Positions 1-8,928 of a stretch of DNA of 64,000 nt are shown piece by piece. The DNA is from Candidatus Levyibacteriota bacterium. Its GTDB lineage: Bacteria > Patescibacteriota > Microgenomatia > Levybacterales > UBA12049. The position numbers and the translations under genes were made by a program. Position 1 is the first letter of the stretch. Each line of letters opens with the position of its first letter. The DNA lies in assembly GCA_003173895.1 (NCBI GenBank), contig PJMG01000012.1, positions 35,448 to 99,447 of the forward strand, given 5' to 3'. The notes beneath the pieces are model-generated. The model saw nothing but the letters and a program-made list of their open reading frames with translations. It searched no databases and was not told where the DNA came from.

Positions 1-503
1 ATGAATTACTTACTGATGGAACTATAAGAATAGATGATGATGATTTTAGAATTTATTCCAGTAGTAATTTTATCTCAGAAGTACAAGCAGCACGAATAAA
101 AGGTGAATCTTTATCTCTTCCTCCTATAGTTATAATTAACGGAGACGCCGGAGATCCAAGTCTGGTAGAAAGTATTATAAATGAATGCTCCAAAGATTCC
201 TCTCTTCTTACTATAGCTAGAAATATAGGAGCATTCCCGTATGAACAAATTGCAGAAATGTGGAGTAAACAAATTACAAAAAAAAATGCTAACCAAAATC
301 CCAGTTTTTTGGCTTTTACAACTCATGTACCTGCTTATAGAGATATGCTTACTGCGCAATTAGACTCAATATTAAAACCTAATCAAATAAATATATTGAT
401 AAATGGGGAGTTATTATCTCATCCTCCTAATTTAATAAAAAGCGGTGGAGGCTGGACAGATCAGTATATTCATCTTATAGGAGATGCACGAACTTTTAAA
501 TAG
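1..503 (+). CDS. Hypothetical protein, 5'-truncated by window edge (frame 3, open from position 3 to TAG at 501-503)
   Basis: Frame 3 is open from the first base: ELLTDGTIRIDDDDFRIYSS...GDARTFK*. The ORF-track entry 258..503 is only the first internal Met. Balanced amino acid composition; no recognised domain. Confidence 0.5.
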   Translation, partial: ELLTDGTIRIDDDDFRIYSSSNFISEVQAARIKGESLSLPPIVIINGDAGDPSLVESIINECSKDSSLLTIARNIGAFPYEQIAEMWSKQITKKNANQNPSFLAFTTHVPAYRDMLTAQLDSILKPNQINILINGELLSHPPNLIKSGGGWTDQYIHLIGDARTFK

Positions 504-552
504 TATTCCAAATTTGAATTTGGTTTAAAAATAGAAATAAATTTTATTTAAC

Positions 553-1080
553 TCATTCCAGTCTTTTTCTATACCAAATAACTTCAAATGAATTACCTCC
601 ACCTTCAGTGTAAAATTCTTTTTTAGTTTTCATTTTTTTGAATCCATGTTTTTCATAAAAATTTTGCGCCATTTTTTGTTGGGTCGAAGTTCGTAGTCTT
701 AGTTCTTTCAAGTCATTATTCTTAGCCACTTTTTCTAATTCATTCAATATTTGACTAGCATAACCTATTCTTCTGTAATCTGGATGTACGCGCATTCGCC
801 TTATATGACCCATCGTATCTGTTATTTTTCTATAACCTCCCATGGCAACAATTTTTTCACCAACGAACCCCACTAGAAATTCACCACCATTAAAATATGT
901 TTCTTCAATATCTTCAAAATCCTTTTCCCACGGTCCGCTTCTATATCCTATTTCAGAATAAATAGATGATAGCTCATAAAGTTTTTTAACTTCTTCTTTA
1001 TCCTCAATGATATATTTTCTTATGATAAGGTCATTCATGAGTGAAGTATAGCAAAATGAAGAGAGTAAATTGTTTTTCAT
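553..1080 (-). CDS. GNAT family N-acetyltransferase
   Basis: Acetyl-CoA binding motif HIRRMRVHPDYRRIGYASQIL (R-x-x-G-x-A/G pattern) and a length of 175 aa, typical of GNAT. Confidence 0.7.
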   Translation of the reverse strand: MKNNLLSSFCYTSLMNDLIIRKYIIEDKEEVKKLYELSSIYSEIGYRSGPWEKDFEDIEETYFNGGEFLVGFVGEKIVAMGGYRKITDTMGHIRRMRVHPDYRRIGYASQILNELEKVAKNNDLKELRLRTSTQQKMAQNFYEKHGFKKMKTKKEFYTEGGGNSFEVIWYRKRLE

Positions 1081-1118
1081 TGTTTAGGATCTAAAAATAA
1101 GCTAAAATATGCATACAT

Positions 1119-1189
1119 TGCCGGATCGTCTAATGGTAGGACGACAGAATCTGGATCTGTCTATCTTGGTTCAAATCCAGGTCCGGCAG
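1119..1189 (+). tRNA. tRNA-Gln (anticodon CUG)
   Basis: Hand-folded cloverleaf. Perfect 7-bp acceptor stem 1119-1125/1182-1188 with U1:A72 (typical of bacterial tRNA-Gln). D stem GTCT/GGAC, D loop AATGGTA containing GG. Anticodon stem ACAGA/TCTGT, loop ATCTGGA, so anticodon CTG at 1151-1153. T stem CTTGG/CCAGG with T loop TTCAAAT. Discriminator G. CCA not encoded. Confidence 0.8.
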
Positions 1190-1309
1190 CTTTGACTTTT
1201 TTCCATAAATTAGCCTCAAATATTATACGGTCCTTACAAACACTAGCTTTGATTTAAACTATTTTCAATAGCTTGCTATGATTAAAATACTATATATAAT
1301 AAATTTAAT

Positions 1310-1642
1310 ATGAGTTTACCGGAAGTAAATTTGGCTATTGAGAGCTGGCAGTTAAATGATGAATTAGCACAATCTCCTGGCTTCTGCAGAAGAACTGCTA
1401 TAGAAATTTTAAAGGTTGGTCAGGAAGCTGATGTCTCAGAGCCGCATGTTAAATTTGAGATTCTGGTTTGGCCGGATGCTAAAGAAGGAGAAGATGTACA
1501 TTATGCAGTAAAGGCAGTAAGTGATAAAGAAACTTTTATTTTTAATCCTTCACCCACGGCACAATTTCCACAGTATAATGGAACTCTTAAAGACGCACCT
1601 TCTAGTTTTAAATCCATGATTCCTACTCCTGAAGTTAAATAA
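1310..1642 (+). CDS. Hypothetical protein (110 aa)
   Basis: ORF with balanced composition; no recognisable motif. Confidence 0.4.
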   Translation: MSLPEVNLAIESWQLNDELAQSPGFCRRTAIEILKVGQEADVSEPHVKFEILVWPDAKEGEDVHYAVKAVSDKETFIFNPSPTAQFPQYNGTLKDAPSSFKSMIPTPEVK

Positions 1643-1646
1643 GAAT

Positions 1647-2015
1647 TTATTTTATAAACTTAAAAATATAGGGGACGAAGATAAGAATGCCAACGATGAT
1701 GGATCCCATTGAGGTAAGTAAAACCATCCCGGCTGCGACGTCTTTAGCTACTTTAGCCTCTTCTCTATGCTCCTTAGTTATTAGATCCACCATTTGTTCT
1801 ATAGATGTATTTATCATTTCAGCTGACATAACGAGTAGAATCATTACACCTAAAATTCCCATTTCGAAATGACTAACATCAAAAATTATACTTAAAATTA
1901 CTACTATTAATGCTATTATGAGGTGAATTCGCAGATTTTGATTATTGGCAAATGCGTATTTAATGCCTTCCCAAGCGTAGCCAAATGACTGAATTAATTT
2001 TCTATGATGAATCAT
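1647..2015 (-). CDS. dgkA: Diacylglycerol/undecaprenol kinase (DgkA family) small membrane protein
   Basis: 122 aa with 3 TM segments. N-terminal W-x-G-x-K-x-A-x-x-N pattern (AWEGIKYAFANNQN) and conserved E/N residues typical of the prokaryotic DAGK family. Confidence 0.7.
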   Translation of the reverse strand: MIHHRKLIQSFGYAWEGIKYAFANNQNLRIHLIIALIVVILSIIFDVSHFEMGILGVMILLVMSAEMINTSIEQMVDLITKEHREEAKVAKDVAAGMVLLTSMGSIIVGILIFVPYIFKFIK

Positions 2016-2030
2016 ATATATATTTTAATC

Positions 2031-2621
2031 TTATATAAAAAAACCGGCAATAACAAAAGTTATTACACAAACCATGGTTCCTAAAACTGCCCCAATTAAA
2101 ACTTCACTTAAAGTATGTTTTTTTAAATAAAGTCTGGAAAAACTCACACCAATAGGAGCGATTATAAAAATAAAAGATGGGATTATTCCATAAAGTAGAC
2201 TAACTGTTATCCAAAAAGCAAAAGCTACTGCTACATGTACGCTAGCTTTTATAAAATAATTTAAAATTTCAAAAACCACAATGCCTATAATTATTCCCAG
2301 TGCCACAAAACTAAGTGGTGAATAAAATCCACGACGAAGTGTAGCAATTAAGAAATAAATAAATGCGAAAATAAGGCTGGTGGTGTAAAAAAATGGTCTG
2401 AGTCTACGATCTGAAATATCTATATCATTTAAAATTTCCCGAGGTTTGGCAAAGAAAAAAACTAATAATGCTATGAGCACGAAAAAAGTAGCAAGTAAAA
2501 ACCACTCAAATCCTTCACCCAAATCGTGAGTGTTATGGTACATAACTATAAAAGGAATAAGAATAGCAAAAATAATAGGATGAAAAACTATAGATAAAAC
2601 TTGGGCCAGTCTTCTAGTCAT
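2031..2621 (-). CDS. PAP2 superfamily membrane phosphatase (undecaprenyl-diphosphate/lipid phosphatase-like)
   Basis: Multi-TM protein. C-terminal PAP2 motifs: S-x-S-R...H (GVSFSRLYLKKHTLSEV). 1-nt spacing from the dgkA stop suggests an operon with gltX. Confidence 0.6.
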   Translation of the reverse strand: MTRRLAQVLSIVFHPIIFAILIPFIVMYHNTHDLGEGFEWFLLATFFVLIALLVFFFAKPREILNDIDISDRRLRPFFYTTSLIFAFIYFLIATLRRGFYSPLSFVALGIIIGIVVFEILNYFIKASVHVAVAFAFWITVSLLYGIIPSFIFIIAPIGVSFSRLYLKKHTLSEVLIGAVLGTMVCVITFVIAGFFI

Positions 2622-2624
2622 TAT

Positions 2625-4013
2625 TTAATGTAAGTTTTTTAATGTTTCTTCTTTACCTAAAATTTCTAACATATCTGGAAGAGGTAAACCTTTATCTTTT
2701 CCTGTAAGAACTTTATACAATAAATTTCCTTTAGCACCTGTAGTTTTAAGAATTTCTCGCATAGCATTTAAAATATTATCTTTATTCCAAATCTTTATAT
2801 TTTCAAATTCTGATTTTAATTTTTTAGCAAAATCTTTCTCTTGAAGAGATAATTCAGTTGGGTTATAAACTACTAAATCTTTAAATTCTTTTAAAGTTTT
2901 CATACGAGATTGCGCAAGTAAAATAATTTGATCCATCTTTGATGCATTTTCTTTAAAGAAACTTTTTATCTCATCATCATCTTTAAAAAATTCTTTTAAT
3001 TTATCACTTAGTATTTCTACTTTAGTGTTTCGTATATATTCTCCATTCATCCATTTTAATTTTTCTAAATCAAAAACCGGACCTACAGGTTTAATATCTT
3101 TAAAATCAAAAACTTCTATAAATTCTTCAAGTGAAAAAATTTCTTTTCCTTCAGGATGACTCCATGAAAGAAGTGCTAAATAATTTCGAATAGCCTCAGG
3201 TAAAAATCCTTCATTTATATACCAATCTACTCCTGTATGACCGTATCTTTTAGAAAATTTAGATTTATCAGGATTTCTGATAGTGGGTGTATGAATAAAA
3301 ATAGGTTTTTCCCAACCGAAATATTCATACATTAACCAATGTTTTGGAAGAGAAGGCAACCATTCTTCACCTCTAACTACATGAGTGGTTTGCATCAAAT
3401 GATCATCTACTACACTACTGGCTAAATGATAAGTAGGGAATCCATCTGCTTTTAGTAAGACAGCATCTTCAATTAAATTAGAATCAAAACTGATTTTTCC
3501 TCTTATTAGATCTTCTACTTCAATAGTTTTATTCTCTGGTACCTTTAAACGGATAATATAAGATTCACCTAATGAGAGTTTTTTTTCTATTTCTTCTTTA
3601 GATAAATTTCTGCAGTGTTTATCATACATGGTGGGTTGATGATTGGTTTCCTGACTTTTACGTAACTGTTCAAGTCTTTCTTTGGTACAAAAACAATAAT
3701 ATGCTCCACCTTTTTCAATTAATTCTAAAGCATATTTCTTATAAATTCCCATTGCTTGTCTTTCTGACTGTCTATAAGGACCAAACTCTCCACCTTTTCT
3801 GGGACTTTCGTCTTCTGTAAGTCCTACCCAATCAAGTCCCGCATAAATTTTATCTTCTGCTCCTTCTACAAATCTAGCTCGATCTGTATCTTCAATTCTT
3901 ATAAAGAATTTCCCATTATTTTTTTTCGCAAAAGCATAATCAAATAGAGCTTGATAAATTAACCCTAAATGCGGAAACCCTGTTGGACTGGGTGCTATCC
4001 TAACTCTTACCAT
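2625..4013 (-). CDS. gltX: Glutamyl-tRNA synthetase
   Basis: Class I HIGH motif (PSPTGFPHLG) and KMSKS-like motif (KFSKR). Full-length similarity pattern to GluRS (462 aa). Confidence 0.9.
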   Translation of the reverse strand: MVRVRIAPSPTGFPHLGLIYQALFDYAFAKKNNGKFFIRIEDTDRARFVEGAEDKIYAGLDWVGLTEDESPRKGGEFGPYRQSERQAMGIYKKYALELIEKGGAYYCFCTKERLEQLRKSQETNHQPTMYDKHCRNLSKEEIEKKLSLGESYIIRLKVPENKTIEVEDLIRGKISFDSNLIEDAVLLKADGFPTYHLASSVVDDHLMQTTHVVRGEEWLPSLPKHWLMYEYFGWEKPIFIHTPTIRNPDKSKFSKRYGHTGVDWYINEGFLPEAIRNYLALLSWSHPEGKEIFSLEEFIEVFDFKDIKPVGPVFDLEKLKWMNGEYIRNTKVEILSDKLKEFFKDDDEIKSFFKENASKMDQIILLAQSRMKTLKEFKDLVVYNPTELSLQEKDFAKKLKSEFENIKIWNKDNILNAMREILKTTGAKGNLLYKVLTGKDKGLPLPDMLEILGKEETLKNLH

Positions 4014-4023
4014 AATTACAATA

Positions 4024-4091
4024 TGTCATCCTGAACTTGTTTCAGGATCTTAAAATTATTAAGAAGATTCTGAAATAAATTCAGCATGACA
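4024..4091. repeat. Palindromic dispersed repeat (TGTCAT...ATGACA family) in divergent intergenic region
   Basis: TGTCATCCTGAAC-ttgtt-TCAGGATC ... GAAGATTCTGAA-ataaa-TTCAGCATGACA. Two hairpins bounded by TGTCAT/ATGACA inverted termini. Related copies at 25784-25849, 45384-45451, 51312-51379 and fragments elsewhere. Confidence 0.6.
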
Positions 4092-4129
4092 CTGTTGATT
4101 GTATCTTAATCAAGAATTATACTCAAGTT

Positions 4130-5173
4130 ATGACCTCTCTGGAAAGAACTGTCGAAATTACTAAAAAAGTTTTAATAGGATTTTTAATTGGGTTAGGTTG
4201 TATTATTTTTATAGTTATTTTAGTTAATATTATTAGCAGTATTAGAAAAGCTTTTTTCCCTCCTACTCCTGCTGGTCCAAGTGTAGCTTTTGGAAAACTG
4301 GATCAAATACCTTTTGATGACAATGGTGAAAAAGGAAATTTCACTTATTCGCTTCAAACGGTAAGTGGAACTTTACCTACTCTATCTGATAGAGAAGAAG
4401 TTTTTAAAATTAATAATGCGGCACCAAGTTTATTAAATTTATCAAATGCTAAATCTATAGTCGCTGCGGGAAATTTTACTAGCGATCCTACTGCTATTTC
4501 TGATACTAATTATGAATGGACTAATTCTACACCAAGTTCCACTTTAGTCATGAATATAATAAATAATAATTTTACTTACTCTTATGATTATAATTCTGAT
4601 CCAAATGTACTACAGGGAATTAATCTAACAGACACTATTGGTGCTATAAATACAGCCACTACGTTTTTTAATACTTATATTTCTACTTTACCCAGTGATA
4701 TCAATGTAGATAATCCCAACACTTCTTTTTTTAGTATTAATAATGGTAATTTTACCTCTGTTCCTAGTCTTTCTCAGGCACAGGCTATCCGAGTAGATTT
4801 TTTCCCAAACAATGTAAATAAATTATCTATTTATTATCCCACTTTCCCTAATTCGCTTATGTATGCTTATGTGGGTGGAGGAGCAGATAATTCTCAAGTT
4901 ATAAAAGCCAGTTATTTCCACGTTAATATTAGTAATCAAAATTCTACTTATCCCATTATTAGCTCTCAAGATGCTTTTAATGATTTAAAAAATGGAAATG
5001 CATATATTTTACCTAGTTATACTGGCAGTAAAAATGTAAATATTAGAAATGTTTCCGTGGTTTATTTCATAGCTAATGATAATCAGAATTACCTCATGCC
5101 AGTTATAGTTTTCCAAGGAGACAATAATTTTTACGCAGTAGTCAGCGCAGTTAAGGGTGAATGGATAAAATAA
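4130..5173 (+). CDS. Membrane-anchored extracytoplasmic protein of unknown function (N/S/T-rich)
   Basis: N-terminal TM anchor (LIGFLIGLGCIIFIVILVNII) followed by a 300-aa Asn/Thr/Ser-rich ectodomain; no catalytic motif recognised. Confidence 0.5.
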   Translation: MTSLERTVEITKKVLIGFLIGLGCIIFIVILVNIISSIRKAFFPPTPAGPSVAFGKLDQIPFDDNGEKGNFTYSLQTVSGTLPTLSDREEVFKINNAAPSLLNLSNAKSIVAAGNFTSDPTAISDTNYEWTNSTPSSTLVMNIINNNFTYSYDYNSDPNVLQGINLTDTIGAINTATTFFNTYISTLPSDINVDNPNTSFFSINNGNFTSVPSLSQAQAIRVDFFPNNVNKLSIYYPTFPNSLMYAYVGGGADNSQVIKASYFHVNISNQNSTYPIISSQDAFNDLKNGNAYILPSYTGSKNVNIRNVSVVYFIANDNQNYLMPVIVFQGDNNFYAVVSAVKGEWIK

Positions 5174-5182
5174 ATACCTTTA

Positions 5183-5677
5183 TTATTTTCTATTTCCCAT
5201 AGGTGTAGGAGATTCATGTTCACGTAAAAGTCTTTGCTGCTCTCTACAAAAATCAACATGAGATTGATATTGACTATTATTGCTGGGGGAATATGCTTCT
5301 CTCATAGCTAATTGATCATAGATATTAGCTACTTCTCCTAAAGTCTTATCTAAAAGATAACGTTTTTCTTCTTCTTTCCAATTAGCAAGATATGGATGAA
5401 ATTCACTTATCATTTTAGAAACAATTACTAAAGCCTCAACTCTAGTCATAGGAGTCGTATAAAGACCTGTTGTAGGAAGATTATCTAAAAAATTATAAAC
5501 CCGTTCTTGAGATGTAGAGGAAGTTAGTCTAGATACGCCTATCATAGCTCTTGCAACACGTGATTCATATTCTTCTTGATCAATTTTAAAAAAATTTGAA
5601 TATTGAGTTTCACAGGCCTGTGCAATGGGAAGGAAATCATGTCCAAATCTTTTTTCTATTTCTGAAGCGTCTGGCAT
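5183..5677 (-). CDS. Hypothetical protein (164 aa)
   Basis: ORF with balanced composition; no known motif. Confidence 0.4.
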   Translation of the reverse strand: MPDASEIEKRFGHDFLPIAQACETQYSNFFKIDQEEYESRVARAMIGVSRLTSSTSQERVYNFLDNLPTTGLYTTPMTRVEALVIVSKMISEFHPYLANWKEEEKRYLLDKTLGEVANIYDQLAMREAYSPSNNSQYQSHVDFCREQQRLLREHESPTPMGNRK

Positions 5678-5726
5678 ATTTTAAAAATTAGCAAATATTT
5701 ATTTTAAAAGCAATAGCTTATTAATT

Positions 5727-6665
5727 TTATAAATTTACTGGTACGTAGTTTACATCTTCCACTACATTATCTATTAATAATTTCGTATCTGCGAAGCGAT
5801 CCTGACTTCCCATAACTATAATAATTATAGTATGCCCATCTTTATTAATAGCTGTTACTAAAACTTGGCCTGCATCTTCTGTGTAACCTGTTTTTATTCC
5901 AAAAACTCCTTTATATCCTAACAGTTCATTTAAACTGATTAGATCAAAACTAGCACTCTGATCGACAGTAGAAATAATTTTTTCTTTAGTTGAAACAATT
6001 TGTCTTAAAACTGGATTCTTAATAGCAAAACTAGAAAGTCTGAATAAATCAATCGGCGTAGTATAATCTCCATCATCTAAAAGTCCGACTGGATCAGAAT
6101 AATGTGTATTATAAAGATGAAGTGCTGAGGCTTTCATATTCATAGCGTTTATAAAAGCCTTTTGGCCTCCAGGATAATTATCAGCGATAGCTATAGCCGC
6201 GTCATTATCTGAAGGTAACATCATAGAATATAAAAGACTTTCAAAAGTTAACTGCTGATTAGGTAAAAATCCAGCGACTACAGGTGGAATATCAGATGAT
6301 TTAATAGTTAAAATTTGATTTAATTTAAAATAATTTAGACCAATAAGTGCGGTCATAATTTTAGTAGTAGATGCTGGTGAAAAATGAAGATTAACATTTT
6401 TACTAGCGATTATTTTTTTAGAATCAGCATCTGCGATGATAAAACTTTGCGCTGAAATATCAGGAATTTGTGAATTTTCAAGTTTGGGATAATAAACTAT
6501 TGTAGGTAAATTCACATTTAATTTTTGGGTCGAAGATTCTTTATAGATTATAAATAGTGTAATGTTAACGGCAACTAGAATAAAAAAAACTACCACTGAA
6601 ATAATAGCTAGTGGGAAATAAAAATTATTTTTCTGCTTTTGGATTAAGTTGAGAAAGTCTTTCAT
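5727..6665 (-). CDS. dacA: Serine-type D-Ala-D-Ala carboxypeptidase (peptidase S11, PBP5-like)
   Basis: N-terminal TM/signal segment. SxxK active site (PASTTKIMTAL), SxN motif (LPSDNDAA) and KTG motif (GIKTGYT) in canonical order. The ORF-track start overlaps the upstream gene by 41 nt; the true start may be downstream. Confidence 0.75.
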   Translation of the reverse strand: MKDFLNLIQKQKNNFYFPLAIISVVVFFILVAVNITLFIIYKESSTQKLNVNLPTIVYYPKLENSQIPDISAQSFIIADADSKKIIASKNVNLHFSPASTTKIMTALIGLNYFKLNQILTIKSSDIPPVVAGFLPNQQLTFESLLYSMMLPSDNDAAIAIADNYPGGQKAFINAMNMKASALHLYNTHYSDPVGLLDDGDYTTPIDLFRLSSFAIKNPVLRQIVSTKEKIISTVDQSASFDLISLNELLGYKGVFGIKTGYTEDAGQVLVTAINKDGHTIIIIVMGSQDRFADTKLLIDNVVEDVNYVPVNL

Positions 6666-8013
6666 CGATTCGTTCCATATCTCGAGGGAAAAGTACTGCT
6701 TTACGAATATTATCTAATTCTAAAATTTTCATGGTTAAACGTTCTAGTCCAAATGAGAATCCTCCTTCAGGTGGCATACCATATTTAAAAGCCATTAAAT
6801 ACATACCAAAGTTTTTAGGATTAACATTTCTTTGTTTCATAACTTCTAAAAGTTTTTCGTAATCATTAATTCTTTTACTCCCACTTAAAATTTCAGCACC
6901 TCTAAAGAGTAAGTCATAACTTAAACTGTACTCTGGATTTTCTGGATCCGGATAAGTATAAAAAGCTCTTTTTTTAGTAGGATAGTGAGTAATAGTTACG
7001 AAATCAGATTTATGTTCTTCGCGAGCCCAAGCACAAATTTCTTTTTCATCTTCAGGATTTAAATCCATTTCTTTACTTAAATCACGCCCAGTCCTTTTAG
7101 TTATTATTTCCTGAGCTTCTCTAAGTTTAAGTCGAGGAATAGAGTTTGGAATAAGTGGCATTTCTATATTTAATTTTTCAAAAATATTTTTATGTTTTTC
7201 TGTAACATTTTTTACGATAGATGATCCTACAAATTCAACTGCATCTAAAAGTTCTTCAAATTTTTCTACGAATGCTATTTCTACATCCATCATAGTCACT
7301 TCTGATAAGTGACGAGTGGTCACTGAAGGCTCTGCACGATAAGCTTTACTAATAGTAAAAACCCGCTCTAAAATTCCCACCATCATCTGCTTATATAGCT
7401 GTGGACTTTGAATCATATAGGCATGATGCCCATAATAATTAACCGAGAATACATCTGCGCCTCCTTCACTAGCTCCAGCTGCTATAGTCGGGACAAAAAT
7501 TTCTGTGGCATCTAATTTTTCAGCAGCATTTCTAAACTCTTCAGCTATAGATGCCTGTATTTTAAAAATATCTCTTTGGGTTTCGTGTTTTAATGTTAAA
7601 GACCTAAAATCAAGTAGAGTAGGCAATTCTAATTTTAAATCAATTCCTCCCATATCAAATGGAAGTGTTTCAGATTTACCAATAACTTCTATATCTTCTA
7701 TTTCTAATTCTACTTTTCCAGTAATAAGTTTAGGATTAACTGCATTTTCTGGTCGAGCATGTACGATCCCTTTTATATAAACCGCTTCTTCAGGTTTTAT
7801 ATTTTTAGCTTTTTCGAAGTTGTCATTTTTAGAGAAAATTACAGTTTGTATTAAAGCACTTCTATCTTCTATATCAAAAAATACTATTTTTCCGTGTTCT
7901 CTTTTAAGTCTTACCCACCCTTTTATCTCTACTTCCTGATCAATTTTTTCAACAGTATCTTTAATTAAAGTTCGCATAAATATAATTTTACCTTTAAAAT
8001 CTCTTCTTGACAA
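6625..8013 (-). CDS. Class IIb aspartyl/asparaginyl-tRNA synthetase (archaeal/compact type; AspRS vs AsnRS not resolved)
   Basis: N-terminal OB-fold anticodon-binding region. Class II motif 2 (FRAEPSVTTRHLSEV) and motif 3 (GGFSFGLERL). QSPQLYKQ signature common to AsnRS/AspRS2. Confidence 0.85.
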   Translation of the reverse strand: MSRRDFKGKIIFMRTLIKDTVEKIDQEVEIKGWVRLKREHGKIVFFDIEDRSALIQTVIFSKNDNFEKAKNIKPEEAVYIKGIVHARPENAVNPKLITGKVELEIEDIEVIGKSETLPFDMGGIDLKLELPTLLDFRSLTLKHETQRDIFKIQASIAEEFRNAAEKLDATEIFVPTIAAGASEGGADVFSVNYYGHHAYMIQSPQLYKQMMVGILERVFTISKAYRAEPSVTTRHLSEVTMMDVEIAFVEKFEELLDAVEFVGSSIVKNVTEKHKNIFEKLNIEMPLIPNSIPRLKLREAQEIITKRTGRDLSKEMDLNPEDEKEICAWAREEHKSDFVTITHYPTKKRAFYTYPDPENPEYSLSYDLLFRGAEILSGSKRINDYEKLLEVMKQRNVNPKNFGMYLMAFKYGMPPEGGFSFGLERLTMKILELDNIRKAVLFPRDMERIDERLSQLNPKAEK

Positions 8014-8096
8014 TAACTTATATGCTTGGTTAAAATAAATATAAATTTATGAGATTCTTTTCTATTGTAAATAAGCAGATTTACTTCCTTAATTAA

Positions 8097-8152
8097 GGGA
8101 GATTTGTATTATTTACATTTTCAATCTCCCCAGATAAAAGGGAGATTTTTTG
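8097..8152 (+). promoter_or_regulatory. Putative attenuator: alternative hairpins (antiterminator A:B vs terminator B:C + U-tract) directly upstream of ORF 8157
   Basis: GGGAGAT (8097-8103) ... ATCTCCC (8124-8130) ... GGGAGAT (8140-8146) followed by TTTTTTGT. The middle segment can pair with either flank. The B:C hairpin plus T-run has intrinsic-terminator geometry on the + strand, yet no + strand gene lies upstream. Confidence 0.4.
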
Positions 8153-8156
8153 TATT

Positions 8157-8402
8157 ATGAGCATAGAGCATTTATCCGATGAAGTATTGAAAGAAAAAGG
8201 AAGTCAATTGTTTAGACTTGAAAGAAGAATTGATAGTTCTCTAGAACAATTAAGGGATGAAAGTTATGAAGGATCTTTACGACATGCTTTAGACGTTGTG
8301 GATGGTATGAGATTAGCTCAAACAGGGCTTTATATAGAATTATACGACGATGGTCATAGTAATGAAGCAAACACTCTTATAAGAAGAGCAAGAGAAAGTT
8401 AA
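8157..8402 (+). CDS. Hypothetical small protein (81 aa)
   Basis: ORF immediately after the structured leader; charged/helical composition; no known motif. Confidence 0.4.
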   Translation: MSIEHLSDEVLKEKGSQLFRLERRIDSSLEQLRDESYEGSLRHALDVVDGMRLAQTGLYIELYDDGHSNEANTLIRRARES

Positions 8403-8481
8403 ATAAAAATGATTATAATTTATAATAAAACTTTAAATTCAGTCAAGCAGAATTATATTCTCTCTCTTTTTATTAGATAGA

Positions 8482-8540
8482 GAGACTGGTTTTTATTTTA
8501 AAATTCCAGTCTCCCAAATAAAAAGGGAGATTTTTTGTAT
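8482..8540 (+). promoter_or_regulatory. Second copy of terminator/antiterminator-like leader element
   Basis: GAGACTGG-(16 nt)-CCAGTCTCCC-aaataaaaa-GGGAGA-TTTTTTGTAT, then ACCCCAGATAAAAAT, which repeats the CCCCAGATAAAAG segment of the first element. Overlapping alternative stems. Upstream of ORF 8663. Confidence 0.35.
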
Positions 8541-8662
8541 ACCCCAGATAAAAATATTTGTAGTATACAATCCACCTATTATTGCTCTGTGAGCCGTGAA
8601 CGAATAGTTCCAAAAGGCGAACAGTAAAATCTGGTGGATAATTCAGAATTATTTTAAAGGAG

Positions 8663-8890
8663 GTGAAAATTATGGCAGAAATAAAACATCCGTGGAGAGA
8701 AGTATTACCAAAATGTGAAGGCTGTGCATTATTTAATTATTGTAAAGAACAAACAGGTATTGTAACTACTAAAAATGGTGAAATTCAAACTGGAAGACGA
8801 GGAAATCCAGAATGTACTCAATGGTTTAGTGCTGAAGGAAGTTTAAAATTAGATTATACTCAACCGGTAAAATTAGCTAATAATAAATAA
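8663..8890 (+). CDS. Small Cys-rich protein of unknown function (likely starts at ATG 8672; 72 aa)
   Basis: Strong RBS AAAGGAGG 8654-8661. Four Cys in C-x2-C ... C-x(n)-C arrangement (CEGCALFNYC ... PEC); possible metal-binding mini-protein. Confidence 0.45.
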   Translation: MKIMAEIKHPWREVLPKCEGCALFNYCKEQTGIVTTKNGEIQTGRRGNPECTQWFSAEGSLKLDYTQPVKLANNK

Positions 8891-8928
8891 CTACCTTTAA
8901 AGTAGCAACTTTATTTATTCATTATTAT

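Noticed and set aside
111-359. Minus-strand 82-aa ORF
   Set aside because: Lies entirely antisense within the longer, edge-truncated + strand ORF (1-503); low-complexity and likely spurious.
7505-7780. Antisense/overlapping ORFs from the six-frame track (also 1687-1872, 10416-10613, 28334-28528, 29293-29475, 32288-32545, 36949-37149, 42780-42980, 43433-43702, 45721-45906, 46444-46711, 47079-47369, 49215-49415, 53303-53497, 59737-60036, 60622-61041)
   Set aside because: Each is embedded antisense or out-of-frame inside a longer gene with clear conserved motifs. Compositions are low-complexity (F/L/I/S runs from AT-rich antisense); no independent signals.
6625-8013. Definitive assignment as AspRS versus AsnRS
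   Set aside because: Class IIb motifs are shared by both families. Discrimination needs phylogeny or active-site residue alignment that cannot be done by eye.
8560-8640. Known riboswitch class in the GC-richer leader of ORF 8663
   Set aside because: Compared by eye with fluoride, preQ1, ZTP, c-di-GMP, guanidine and glycine consensus cores; none fits. Kept only as a generic structured leader.
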